From assembly GCA_964016885.1 (NCBI GenBank), contig OZ024741.1:379998001-380062000 (forward strand): a stretch of 64,000 nucleotides of DNA, read 5' to 3'. Origin of the DNA: Eledone cirrhosa (lineage: Eukaryota). A model generated the notes under the pieces. The model did not search any database. It worked only from the letters and a program-made list of their open reading frames with translations, and was not told where the DNA came from. The first letter of the stretch is position 1, and each line of letters opens with the position of its first letter. The translations under genes and the position numbers were made by a program. This document shows positions 27,951 through 43,100 of this stretch, one piece after another.

Positions 27951-29045
27951 TCGAAATTCCATTATTGGCGCATATTTAAACGTCTAGTGTGGCATATCGA
28001 CAACTGGCTGCACCTGTTACCGGAACTTGGTTGATTAATTGTTTGAAATAAACTACAACACCAACACAGATGTAACATACAATTCAGAATTAATCAGTAA
28101 CAGTCGCAGATAGAGTATTTTCAAATATATTATACATTACGAAAATCAAAACCTGAATCAAATATTATTAACTAAGAATTCAACTTATTGTAAGAGGAAT
28201 CTAGGAATGATAGTACTTCATCAATAATTTGTTTTGTAAAAAGCGAAATATAACATAGATTGGAGTACTATGGCAATCAATATCCGTTGTTGCAGATGTT
28301 TATATATCAGTAATTAATTCCTTACTTGTTTCATGTGGTTATTTCTCCTAATGAACACGGATAATATTAGTGACACCTTACTATGTTCAACATCATAAGA
28401 AAGACGCTTCCTGTTAAATTTGCCTTGTTGAAGAATTGACTTGTGGAGGTAAATAACTTAAACAATTTACTTATTGCATTTGAGAAAACAGAAGAACGTT
28501 ATATCAGTAATTGAATTTCTAACGCAGTTACTCGGTCACGACAGGTACCCGATACTTCCTTTGTGTGTCTGTTTTCTTTTCAGTATCAAATTGCTACTTA
28601 CAATGTCTCTTATCGTCTACATATCGTTTTCAATCTACCCTATTTAATATGTTGACAAATACTTATGTTCAGAGCAAGCCATACGTTTAGTTTCCTTTTG
28701 TTGTATTTGGATTCTGGATTTTAATCAACTCTCTAATGTTGCATGGTGGTAATGTGTAAGTTACTGAACGTTCTACTGCAAATCATCAAATATGCTTCTC
28801 TAATATATTCGTCAACTTGAAACTCAATGAATTTATTGTTGATTGGATAGTTGGTTTTAGTATTTTACGACTTTCATTCATTTTGTAATGTAATGAATGC
28901 ATTGGGAATTATTGCTCATTACTATAAATGTTTTATTACAAGATGAGTAAAGGACATTAAATCTAAAAGCAAATCTATCGAAATTACCAGATCAAAAAAC
29001 ATAACTCCATTATATATGCGTATGTATGTATATATCTATACATAT

Positions 29046-29092
<47 letters not shown>

Positions 29093-29505
29093 GCTATGAA
29101 TATTTTTACAATAATCCCTTAAGAGTACTTAATACGTTTAGAATTATTATGTCCATATGAACTTACCCACCAATTTACTTCTTAGATTAATCATTATTTT
29201 TTAATTTCATTTAATTACACGTGTATGTTTGATGGAATCCTCAGAACAAATAAATCGATAATTTTCATATATTTTCATTAAAAAACAGCGGCAATAATAA
29301 TACAAACCTGAAGCATGAGCTCGTAAATTTGGAAAGTCCACCATTGTCGATATGATTCTATATATACTGCTTTTATGACTCCAAATGTGACATCGGGAGT
29401 ATATAAAAATTGCATTCCTGGACAGTTAATGACAAACAACCTATCACAGAAAACCATCGTTTAAGTAGCGTTTGGCAGTTGTATATTATTTCATTCTCAC
29501 ACATG

Positions 29506-29565
<60 letters not shown>

Positions 29566-29602
29566 CTGTTCTCAAACTGAAGTGCCAGAAAATGCCATTG
29601 CC

Positions 29603-29651
29603 CTTATTATTATTGTTATTTTTGTTGTTGTTGTTGTTATTATTATTACTA

Positions 29652-29694
<43 letters not shown>

Positions 29695-29835
29695 TATTAT
29701 TAGTGTTGTTGTTGTTGTTATTGTTTTTATTATTATCATTATTGTTATTATTATTATTACTGTTATTATTACTGTTACTATTAGTACTGATTTTGCTGCG
29801 TTTGTTGTTGTTATTGTGGTTCTTGTTATTATTTA
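29603..29835. repeat. Long compound (ATT/GTT)n microsatellite without an inserted element
   Basis: Directly visible; gives poly-Leu/Ile ORFs. Confidence 0.9.
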
Positions 29836-30084
29836 TGGTGAACAGTTTGACTGAAGTAGTTTTAAGGAAACCTAAAGTTTTACAACCCTCTAGCGTACGT
29901 AATTTATACTAGAAAAGTTTCTTTTCCTCATATCTTTCTCACTAGCTCACAACTTGTGTCACAGTCTATATAGTTACCCCCCCCCCCACACACACACATA
30001 TATAAATATTTTCATGCACATGCCTACTAACATTCACTTGACTTACCTATTCCTACTAGCACCGGTCTTCACACGCATATATAT

Positions 30085-30116
<32 letters not shown>

Positions 30117-30179
30117 TTGTATATGTGTGTGTGTTTGTGTGTGTATGTGTGAGTGTGTGTATGTGTGTGTATATATACA

Positions 30180-30234
<55 letters not shown>

Positions 30235-30240
<6 letters not shown>

Positions 30241-30764
30241 GGAATAGAATGAAACGAAATTTCATTTCTTACTCTTAGTACGGCACTTCCTTAAATGTAA
30301 GTATGTATTTATGTATACGTACATACATATATGTATACAGACGTACAGTAGTATGTATATATATACATACATGTACACATATATACATACACGTATCGGT
30401 TTACCGAACATTTATTATAATGCTCGGTTTGTTTCTTTGTAAACAAACAAACAGCCCGAGAAATGAAATTTCGTTTCATTCTATTCCATTTATCGTTATA
30501 TCGAAAACGATAAATGGAATAGAGTGAAACGAAATTTCATTTCTCGGGCTGTTTGTTTGTTTACAAAGAAACAAACCGAGCATTATAATAAATGTTCGGT
30601 AAACCGATACGTGTATGTATATATGTGTACATGTATGTATATATATACATACTACTGTACGTCTGTATACATATATGTATGTACGTATACATACATACTT
30701 ACATTTAAGTAAGTGCCGTACTAAGAGTGAGAAATGAAATTTCGTTTCATTCTATTCCATTTAT
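30235..30764. repeat. ~530-bp near-perfect palindrome whose arms each have ~35-bp terminal inverted repeats
   Basis: Symmetry centre ~30501. The motif ataaatggaatagaatgaaacgaaatttcatttc or its complement occurs four times in alternating orientation. Confidence 0.92.
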
Positions 30765-30884
30765 CGTTTTCCGTGCGCCCGGCCGACTACACTCACTCAA
30801 TATGTAAATTAGGCTGCTCAGCCGTTAATATGCATAAGGAAAGTATATACCTTCAGACGTTCAACCATCTGGCAGGAAGGTATA

Positions 30885-30925
30885 CGATGCTGATGATAGC
30901 TAATAAGTTTGAAACTAGTACACCG
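30885..30925 (+). ncRNA. Minimal type-I hammerhead motif
   Basis: cgatg-CTGATGA-tagct(aata)agttt-GAAA-ctag-TA-caccg. Palindromic ACTAGT stem III; GUA cleavage triplet. Confidence 0.65.
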
Positions 30926-31309
30926 TTCCTGTGTCAGTGTTGAACAAAGAGGTGACGGGGTTGCTTGAACAGAGCACGGCGTAATTCGGGCTGTTTGTTT
31001 GTTTACAAACAAACAAACAAACCGACCATTATAATAAATGTTCGGTAAACTGATACGTGCATGTATATATGTGTGCATGTATGTATATATATACAACTAC
31101 TGTACGTCTGTATACATATATGTATGTATACATACATATATATATATATTCTGTTTCATTCGTGAGAAATCAGCAGGAAGCTGGCTGTCCAAGTAAATGG
31201 TGGTATTTATTTCTTTCCTTATCTGGTGGTAGGATAAGGTGGGGATTAGGATGGGTGTATATGAAATATATGAAATATAAGAATCAAAGAACTGTTCAAA
31301 ACATTTTTA

Positions 31310-31356
31310 TGCTTACAACTGTTTCCTGCAAACCGGGGTTTGGATTCTTCGGAGCA
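31310..31356 (-). ncRNA. Variant hammerhead-like motif with CCGAAGA core
   Basis: tgct-CCGAAGA-atccaaacc(cc)ggtttgcag-GAAA-cagttg-TA-agca. Confidence 0.5.
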
Positions 31357-32699
31357 ATTTAATGAGTGAACACGTATATGACCTCCTTTTCACCCAAGAG
31401 ACATACAGATGCATATGCAAATATTGTGGGTCAACATTCGTTACAGCATTTAGAGTGGCAGTACACACTTAGAGATTACATTCATATTAAAAGATACAAT
31501 CAAAAATACAGGTTAAAATACATGAAAATAAGCGATTATATAGTGAAAATGTTATATGTGTGGCAAGCACGTGCGTCTTGTTTATATAGTGTGGCAGCGA
31601 GTTACGTGTAGTAGAAGGGCTTAAGTAGTTCTGTATTTACATCACCATAAATAGTATAATTAATACTATATATATTTATATATATATATATATGCATTTA
31701 TATATATATATATATATGCATTTACTCACTCATCCATATATATGTATGTCTACCAACCTTCTAATTATAAGTAATTATATATTATATTATGTTAACTTAT
31801 TTTATATAATATATTATATTATATTGTATTTTTTCTTGTAATATTGATCCTTATCACTTACCGTTAATTATATGTAACATTATGATATGTTAAACTTTAT
31901 ATATCATGTAGGATTTTTGTACTTTTGTACCAACAAAATTCCTTTGGGGATATTGTACAATTTATTTTTTTCCTCGCCTACTCTGTACCCCAATATGAAT
32001 TGATTTGTTAACTTATATATTGTTGATTATAAGTGTTAGTATATTGTATATTATACATCTTGGTATGTTATATTATATTATAATTATATTATTATTGTGA
32101 CATCTATATTGTTTGTGTAAATTAACCGGAGATTATCCATTCTATTATATTGTATTATATAGTATATAATTGTATTGTTTATTATTGATTATATATGCTA
32201 CTTATAATTATATCATATTATTACCCCATGTATATTGGGTAGATGTATTAGTATTATCATTATTATTATTCTCATTCCTATCATGCTCATTTTCATATTC
32301 AAACTCTTGATAAGGTTATATTTGTGCAGTTGAAGATAGATGTGTGTATTGTTGTAGGTGTACATGTGTGTGTGTGTGCACACATATATACATATGAATA
32401 ATGTACCTTTTGATTTTCCATTGTAACATTAATGTTGGTAAAAGTATAATTATATTATATTACATTATATTATATATGTTTCCTGATCTATATAACCACT
32501 TTTGTCTAGCTCTAGGTTTTTTTGCTTTGGACTATATTTGTAATATGGTTCTTAATGTCACATACATCCTTAGTAATTTTCATTATATATTTTTATTATT
32601 TTTATTATATATTTTTGCAATACTTTAGTATATGTACACTCCATATTCTTCGGAGCTTCTGGCTTGTATCTGCCGTTATTACTTCTTGTTGTTTGAATT

Positions 32700-32737
32700 G
32701 CCCTGATGAGTCCTTAATAGGACGAAACATTATCGGC
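32700..32737 (+). ncRNA. Minimal type-I hammerhead motif at the end of an AT-rich non-coding element (~31740-32790)
   Basis: gcc-CTGATGA-gtcct(taat)aggac-GAAA-catta-TC-ggc, immediately followed by AATAAA and then (TA)n. Confidence 0.75.
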
Positions 32738-32788
32738 TAATAAAGACTTTTGATGTATTGAAGGCTTCTTTGTTTTACTCTCTTAATA

Positions 32789-32844
<56 letters not shown>

Positions 32845-33523
32845 TATTAATAAGAGGAATTCCAACCTTGTCTGATTTACTCGTTTTATTTACAATCCTT
32901 TAAAATATTTAATGGTACTATAATGAAATAGTATGATAGAATATTAAATGTTAAGTGTTAATTGAACAAGTACTTTCATGCTTTCGCAATCTTCAGGTTC
33001 ATAATGTGTGGTGACAGTCAAGTTTGCAATGTTCAACTGTTGAAAATTCAACAGTTGAAAATTGCAAATATATATATATATGTATACATTATATATATAT
33101 ATATATATTACACACACTCACATCTATATGCATATGTAAATATACATATTTGTGTGTGTCTGTGAGTGTGTGTGTGTGTATAAATACCTCTAGTGTCTTT
33201 ATATCTCATCCCCCTCTGACATTATAACTAATATATTCTATGTGCCATTCTTTTCCCTCATTTACACACATGCATACACACATACAAACACAGACATATG
33301 TAATATGCATGATCACAACACGTTACACATAGAGTCATTATTAGTATACACACAATAGCCTGTGTTCGATTTCAAACCCTCCAAAAACTTACTCATCACA
33401 TTAGTGTATTGTAACGTCTCACAATTGTTTTTCATTCAATCTGTGCAAAACACTAATATGATTTACTGAGTTTCATACATATACCCTTATATATACAGAT
33501 ATATATATATACATAAACATAAA

Positions 33524-34863
<1,340 letters not shown>

Positions 34864-35079
34864 ATATATATATACACATGCCAGCTTCCATATACGAGTA
34901 CATCTTAATATCATTGGCTGTCATCATGTCGCAGTCTTTATATCAGAGATGTTATTCCCCTTGAATGATCTCCAACTATCTATTTCGATACATACATATA
35001 CATACATACATACATAAACACATACATATACAAATACCGTCGTTCACTGAGAAGATTATACATCAACCAGATCATAGAA

Positions 35080-35720
35080 AGTATAGACCATACTACAAGC
35101 CTGATATGGGATTCAACAAGTTCATAACGTTCTACACTGAAGGATACCTCCATGAGATTCAGGAACAAGGAATCACCACCGTGCTCCCTGCACTAATGAG
35201 GAAAGTCATTGGTTGATAATAATTGAAGGCTGTGCAAAACAAAATACTGCAGATGTTAGCCATATTATTTCAACTGAGAAATAAGATGTTGCTATCATAT
35301 CTCCATGAGGCATGATGAGGTAGCCAGGATAAATTGGAACGCAATACGGGAGACACAAATTAAACAAATAGGGAAGAATATGTGGGACCTGAAAATAAGA
35401 ATCGCCACTAAATTAAAAATCACAACCGACCTGATAGTGTTGTTTGGGGCCAGCCAGTAAAAGCATGCTGTTGTAGATGGCGGCTACCCATTCGATGTCA
35501 GTGTAGTAAGGAAAATGTAAAAGACACCTACGGATAATTGAAGAGTTTGCAGATTATGTACACGTTCAACTTAATACCTATTAATAATGGAGCTACATGA
35601 TATATACCAGCCCACCTCAACAGGATTATGACTGAAATTGGATTTGAGGTGAAGAAATTGATCAGCTACAAACCTTGATATCTTGAATATCAGTAAAACA
35701 TTCTTAGGATTTTAATAATG
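35080..35720 (+). mobile_element. Degraded restriction-like-endonuclease non-LTR 3' fragment (R4/Dong-like or related)
   Basis: TEGYLHEIQEQGITT (cf. EG.I.AIQEQ), HNRPD.V, VVDGGYPFDVSV, FNLIPIN..GATG-like remnants. Confidence 0.6.
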
Positions 35721-36749
35721 ACTGATTGCACAAAGGAAGAGGAATCATTATTTTTCTTTACAACCTTGACATCGGAAGGGTGGCCGGTCAAATTTAAAAA
35801 CATAGATGCCTACATACTTACATGGATACAACAAATAACAATCGTGCATCAAGCATACATAGATACGCAAAATGCATACATGTATGAATGCATGTATATG
35901 AGCATGCATGTATATACTAAGAAACATACGTGATTATGCGTCATTACATACAAACATAGGTACGTACATATGATAGTACATGCGTGCAGATATACACACA
36001 TACATTAAAATAGCTTACACCCATGCATTATTCAATACTATATAACTATGATTTAATCACTAATATGTTGAATTATCGAAGTAGCGAATTGGCAAGGTTG
36101 TTAAAGCACCGGATTAAATGCCGCGATATGCTCTCCGGCTTCCTGCAATATAGATTCAAATCTTACAGAGCTCAACGTCGGCCCTCATCATATGGAGTTC
36201 AACAAATGAAATGTCTATCTAGGTGCGCTGGATTTGTAGTATCATGTCGAGCTCTGAGTGTTCTAATTTTGAAACCCACTTATTTTACCTGCCACATCGG
36301 TGGCGCTAATTGTTGTACACAGCTCATTCTTTCTTTGAATTAATATCAAATGCATTAAGTCAATTTGCCCCATAATCGAAAATACTGGCATTTCTATTGC
36401 AGCACTATATTCCTTTGGTCATGTCGCACCATGCGTAAGCTCCTTGAATATTCCTCTCAAAGGCACATGCCTAGGAAATAACTTGTTAAGGACCAACAAG
36501 CACCCATTCATATCTGTCTCCTTCGTTATGCTACTGATGTTGTCCAGGAGAAATGAAGGTATACGTAGAGGCTGGAACCACCATCCTTGCAACTTCCTTT
36601 GTCCAGCTATATGTACTGAAGCACCGGGAAATAATGCGCTCTCTTCAAGGGCATAACCAACCATCGAGTCCGGGAATCAAACTCATGACTTCAGAGTTGT
36701 GAACCAAACAACCTAAACGATATTCCATGCAGTACCTTTTAAATATAAT

Positions 36750-36885
36750 TGTTTCTACTTTAGGCACAAGGCCAGCAATTACCCAGTGCATTACTGGTAC
36801 TTTATTTTATCGACCCCGTAAGAATTAAAGGCAAAGTCAACCTCGGCGGGATTTGAACTCAGATCGTAAAGGGACGTAACTATGC
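36750..36885 (-). mobile_element. tRNA-derived SINE (Octopus-type)
   Basis: Minus strand reads ctgagttcaaatcccgccgaggttgactttgcctttaattcttacggggtcgataaaataaagtaccagt, a B-box-like GTTCAAATCC plus body. Homologous to copies at 38790-39600. Resembles octopus SINEs from memory. Confidence 0.7.
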
Positions 36886-37544
36886 TGGAAAGCATATGCT
36901 ACACGTGCAGATACTATTAGAATCGAAGATGCTACTAATCAAATCTAACTGAAACGATAAAACTTTTCTGTGTTGAGAAGTAAATATATTTACAGACATT
37001 ATCTGATTACTCATTACTCAAGTGATAAGCAACAAGAGTAACGTTAATTATCGTTAATTCGATATTTATAATGTTTCGTCTAATTATCTAGAAATATATT
37101 TATTTTCAAAACTGTTTTTAAGCCGCATCATTTTCTTTTTAAATGTTCATGAATATTTGATTTTATTATTGTTCAATATTCATAACAAAATTATCCTATG
37201 TTGACCAGGCAGATATTCCAGCCACGTACATTTCATATCAAACCTAATTACAAGAGGCTAAATTATGCAATGTAACATTGTTGTTGTAGTTATCTCAGCC
37301 AGGTTTATCTCCAACAAACAGAACTATGATTAACGCTATTCCATTCGTGACCATCCAATCTATCGGTTTCTATTTTCCAGGAAACATTTATTGAACGCGT
37401 GGATTTATAAGATGATTATGAGAGATTTGAAGAATAATTCACTGCTATGCTTTGCAGTTTAAGCTATAAAAGTAAAGGCTCGATTTCATTCATATACCCA
37501 TCACTGGTTATACGTGCGTGTGTGCATGTGTGTGTTTATATATG

Positions 37545-38200
37545 AAAGTTGAAAGATACCCCGGCCATGTGGCTGCAGTAAAGTTAAATCAACATGTGCT
37601 GGACGAAGTTGACCACGTCACGTAACTTAGCAGCGTCCTGAGCAACTGCGGCAACATCGAGCAGGGCAGCAACTGCAGGATTAGAAATGTGAACGCGGTC
37701 TTCCAACAGATGCACTCAATATGGTCAAATGCAGCCATCAGCAGGTGCGTCAAGTTGCGCTTGTACACCAGCATTGCACTTCTCACGGCAACCTATGCCT
37801 CTATAATCCTGTATAACGTGGGAGCGCACGGCCAAGACGAATATGTGTCTAAACACTCTCCATCAAAATTGCCTGCGAAATAGGGTAACGAACAAAGAGA
37901 TCCTGCGGAGGGTAGGTTAGCGAAAACTGCAGGAGATCTTTACGGAGCACCGGTTCCCTTTTTCAGGTCACATTCTTTATCTCAGAGGACACCGCCTGCC
38001 CAAAACGGTGATGGCGTGGATTCCCCCCGAAGGCAAACAGAAAATAGGCCGACCGAAGATGACCTGGCAGCGAATGTTTCAAAGGGACCTACAAACCGTC
38101 AACATCATCTGGAACGAATGTCATCGTGCTGCCTCCTACTGGCAATGTTGGAGACGATTGGTTGACGTATGTTCCCGAAGGAATAAGCCGGAATAAGAGA
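37545..38200 (+). mobile_element. RTE-clade LINE 3' fragment
   Basis: LDEVDHVT*LSSVLS...AVFQQMHSIWSNAAISRCVKLRLY; [17 protein letters not shown]...CWRRLVDVC. Confidence 0.85.
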
Positions 38201-38217
38201 TTAGAAGAACTATACAG

Positions 38218-38357
<140 letters not shown>

Positions 38358-38789
38358 GCATATATATATATATACATATATATACATATAATAAGGAGTT
38401 AACTAACCCACCATATTTACCAATGCCAGGACCGGTTGTATATATATATGAGAAAGAGAGCGAGTTAGGGAGAGAAGGTATGAGTGAGAAGAGACGTAAT
38501 AGGATCAGCTGGAATTCTTATCAATCTAGGTCTTCTGGATCAGCATTGACCGAGGGTTAAATAACAACAACGACTTACGTAATAGTATAACTGATTGTAT
38601 ACTGATTATTTTCTGCTTTACGTCTCAGATCGATTTTTATTATTGGAAATTTAGTCATTTGTCTTTTGCACTGATAATGAAAGATCACAATCGATAGTCT
38701 TGTGAATTGAACATTTACCAATAGTGGGGTACTGCTATGGTTTAGAACATCTAATATTATAGTGGGTCTACATTCTATAAGTGTGCAGT

Positions 38790-39610
38790 CGAATTGGCAG
38801 TGTTGCTAGACCCGGCGATTAAATGGCGCATTACTTGTTCCAGCTCTCTACGTTCTATGTTCAAATCCCATCGAGGTCAACTTCATCTTTATTCCTTTCA
38901 GACTCGAGAAAGAAATTATAATTCCATTAGGGGTGGATTGATGGATGGGTTGTAGTGTTGGACGTGATGTGTTTTGGTATCTGTTCCAGGTCTGAGTGTT
39001 CGGAGTTGAAATAGTGCCTCCTATCAAAGGAAAGTCAGTAACATCTCTGCCAAGCAGTTACATCTGATAAATGATATCAGCCATGGAAAGACCAATAGAA
39101 AAATAGTTTCCTTCGTCAGAAACTAATGATCAGCTCTTTCCGTTTCCTTTTTCTACCTCTCAATAAAACCGTCAACGTTATTATGAAAACACATTTTCAA
39201 GAGTGTATTTTCATTATATACTGTCATCGTGAAATGGTGGATTGGCAGAATTATTAGTGATCGACAAAATGCATTCCAGTATGTTTCTGGCTCGTTAGGT
39301 TCTAACTTTAAATCCCGCCAAAGTCAATAAAATGTACCAGTCAAGCACTGGGGACGATATAATCCCCTTTGCTAACTGCTGGCATTGTGCTAGAATTAAA
39401 AATCATTAAATTATCTCATTTTAGAGCGGTGGATTGGCAATATCAGTAAAGCCCCGGGCAAGATGATTTGCTGCATATAGTTACGTCCCTTCAAGTTCTT
39501 AGTTCAAATACCGTCGAGGTTAGCTTATCTAACATCCAACCTTACAGGGGTAAAATAAAATTTCAATAACGCATTGGGGTTGATTTAATCAACCTGTCCC
39601 ACCCCCGGGG
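38790..39610 (+). mobile_element. Cluster of three or four degraded tRNA-derived SINE copies
   Basis: Repeated ggtggattggcag/aattggcag heads and gttcaaatccc..gaggtcaac bodies at ~38790, 39235 and 39425, possibly also ~38930. Confidence 0.65.
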
Positions 39611-40042
39611 TTGTTGAGCTTCTGCTTAAATCAGAAATCATTATATACGCTTATAATTATCCGAAGTTGTTGCCAACCACTAGACAGAGGAGAAAGAAAA
39701 ATCCACATCCAAATTACTCTATTTACCCATTACACCATACATGTCCTGCCAAATACTGACCACATATCTATCCGTAAAGAATCATTGATTTTCTATTAAA
39801 CATATATAAATCGTCAGTCTTAAAGCAAATCTGGTTTACAATTCATTGGTTCCTTTCACTGAAATGCCCGGATATTAAATATTTGCTTCTTTATAAATAT
39901 TCAGTTGATACTCATCAAAACGGAAGGTGTGGACAACAACTAGGGTTTTATTGTTGTATTTTTTTACTTCTTGAGAGACATATAGTTTAAGTTATTTTCG
40001 TAGAATAGATTTACTCTCTTCTGACGGCTAATATGGAGTTGC

Positions 40043-40109
<67 letters not shown>

Positions 40110-40110
<1 letters not shown>

Positions 40111-43100
40111 CTTTATTTATTAAACACAAGGGTTTACATAAAGTAGACATTAAGGACAGTACAGGAAATACAGGGCGGTACAAATGTGCATTTCTGCGTG
40201 TAAAAAACAAAAACAGAGGATGTAACAATAAAATAACAATGAAAAATTCCCCAATACGGGGAAGACTTCCGAGGGACATTCGTGGAGAAAGCCCATTAAA
40301 AGCCACAGTGACCCTGACCACCAGGGCAAGTGCCCTTTCCCAGTTTTCTACCTTTAATTTACAGACACATACTCAGAGTAGGCGCATTGAATCGGGCCAT
40401 TCTTGCCTCTCTCACCCATCTTTCAACAAAATGCTGGGAAGAGAGCACTTCTCTCTCTACCCTGATTTTTTCCTTTTCAAATGAAATTGGAAAAGGTTAA
40501 TCAGGGCATCACCGAAGAGGTATGTGCTCGTCTTCAGCCCTTTCAAACGTGTCCACCATACTATCTCTTTCTCCATGGCCACCAGACAGATAAAAACTGG
40601 CTGCCCTTCCCGGCTAAGTGAAGAGGGCCGGGCAATCCTCACGATGGACTCAGCTGATAGCTGGATCCGTCCTACACGCGACAGCAGGTGTTCGACATAA
40701 ACCCACGAGTCAGCAATGCTCTGACACTGGACGAGTGCATGTAGGACGGGTTCGTCGTTCTGCGCGCAACTCGTACATGCCCGATTGACGGCACCTACAT
40801 GCCTGTAGATTTTATCCCGAATTGGCAAAGCTCCTCGGTAGCACTGCCAGGCCAGGAATTTCTGGAAGTTGTCCATAGGCCCCGGCCCGAAAGTTCTTCG
40901 TCGACGCCTAGAATTTCCCCAAGTACGTCGTCGCTCTTCCTCTCCACTAATCCTCTATAGAACGCCAAGGTGGAGTGTCCACCGATCACATTGCCCAATC
41001 GGTCGAGGGCTGTAAGCGCCTGAAGACATTCCAGTCTCCAAGCACCACCTCTCGGTCTTCGCTTGACCCAGGACTGCAGCTCCGTCAAGAGACGAGCTGG
41101 GGAAAGACGCGTCTATCAAACGGCGACGACACCTGACCACCGCCGAGGAAGAGGTGGAGATGTCGTAGCCTAAGAGCGTGTCTGCGCATCATCAGCCACG
41201 GCATGCCCAGCCCTCCACGAAAGCGGGTGGTAACAGCAGATGGATCGCCTGACCATCGGAGCGAGTCCCTTCCACAAAAAGCAAAAGAGCAAACCTTCCA
41301 GCGCAGTCAGCCGAGGCTTAGGACAAGGTACGACGGTCAGGCGCTAGTAGATGACGGACCGATATACGCGTTAGCCACCTCCGCTCGACCTTTCAGGGAT
41401 AGCTTCCTCTCTGCCCATTTCTGGGTGAGAGAAGCTAGCCTGCTCGTCACCTCGTCCCAGTTTTTGTCCGTCTGGAGATCCGGACCGAACCAGACCCCTA
41501 GCAATTTAACCGGTCCGTCCGGCCAGCGACCGACGACGCTGTTGGACGGCATCGGCCTGCTTCTCCAGGTGCCGAGCTGCAGGCCAACTGACTTTTCTTG
41601 GTTGATCATTGCTCCTGTCACCGCTTCGTATCCTCTTATTGTAGTGCATTCCCTCGATCTGTTTGGCCTTCGACACCACTAAGTTGACATCGTCCGCATA
41701 TGCTAAAACGGAGCTTCCGCATCCTGGTTCGCGCGGGAACACCCTCAACGTATCCAGTTTGTGCAGTAATGGCTCGAGAGTCAATACGTACAAGAGGGAC
41801 GAGAGGGGACATCCTTGGCGGACCGAGCGTATGATGTTGAACGGTTCCGAAAGGTGACCGTTCACTCTTACCACAGAGCAGATGTCGCTGTGCATGGCAA
41901 CGATCCAGCCTCTGAAGACGGGCCCAATGCCAGCCGCCCTCAGGATAACGGCTAAATAACGATGGTCGACGCTATCGAAAGCATTCGACTGATCTAAATT
42001 GATCAAGGACCCACGTGTGCCAGGTTCCCTAGCTACCCTCACCACGATGTATCGCATGAGGTGCAGGTTGTCGTGGATGGATCTGTCGGAAATGGCGCAT
42101 TTCTGCGCCTCTCCCACCAGACCACCAACGACAAGCGCCAGCCTCTTTGCTAGCACCTTGCCCACGATCTTGAACTCTATGTTTAGCAGAGTTATTGGCC
42201 TGGAATTATCTATGTTATCCCCCTTGTTCGGATCGTTTCTCAGCAGTGCCACAGCTCCTCGGCTCACAGAGGTTGGAAGTCTACAGTTCTGTTGCCAATT
42301 CCAGTAGACGTCCGCCAAGAAACCACCGAACAAGTCTGGCAACGGTACATAAAGTTCATAGGGCATACCATACAATCCAGGCGATTTACCCCTTGTGCAG
42401 CCAGTCATTGCCTCCCGTACTTCAGCTGCTGTTATCGACTTTTCGCAACACTCCGCCTCCGTGGCCGAGAACCGCGGCTGTCCGTCGCGGCAGTCACTAA
42501 AGTCCATCCCTCGATCCGGACCGCCACTGCCCACGAACAGCTGAGCGAAGTGTCGCTGAAAAGCTTCACACATTTGCCCGGGATCGAGTAGTATGCGACC
42601 GTCGTGGTCCACTAAAGACTGGATCGTGGCTTTGTTGTCACGACGCGCATTCGCCACTCGGGCCCATCGAACGGCTTTCGTTCCCTCGTGTCTGAGAGCA
42701 CACACCCTAGCTCTGACAACGCAGCCTTCGTGCTTTGCATTGAAGAATTGGTCAAGGGCCAATTTCGCCGCAAGTATGTCGGTCGGGATGCCTTTGCTAA
42801 GGGCATCGTCTAATTTTCTAACAAGTTCTCCCTCTGCTCTATTTTTCTCTATTGCTAAAGCCTTACTAAACCTAATGGACTCTATTCTAATTGCTCTTTT
42901 CAGAGCAAACCACCACTTGTTGTTGACGATGGCCCCGCTTAACTAGTTCGCTAATCCGGTCTCTGTAGGCCCCGCGCGCTGGTAAGGACGCGTTTGACTT
43001 CCAGTAGCCGGGTCCTTGTCTGAGAGGTACGAAAAAAAATTACCTGTGTCTCTTCTTTAGGAAGGGGGTGGTTGATCCATCCCTCCGAACATTGGTAGGT

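Noticed and set aside
29195-29248. Minus-strand CTGAGGA...GAAA near a TA tract
   Set aside because: Stems II and III do not form convincingly.
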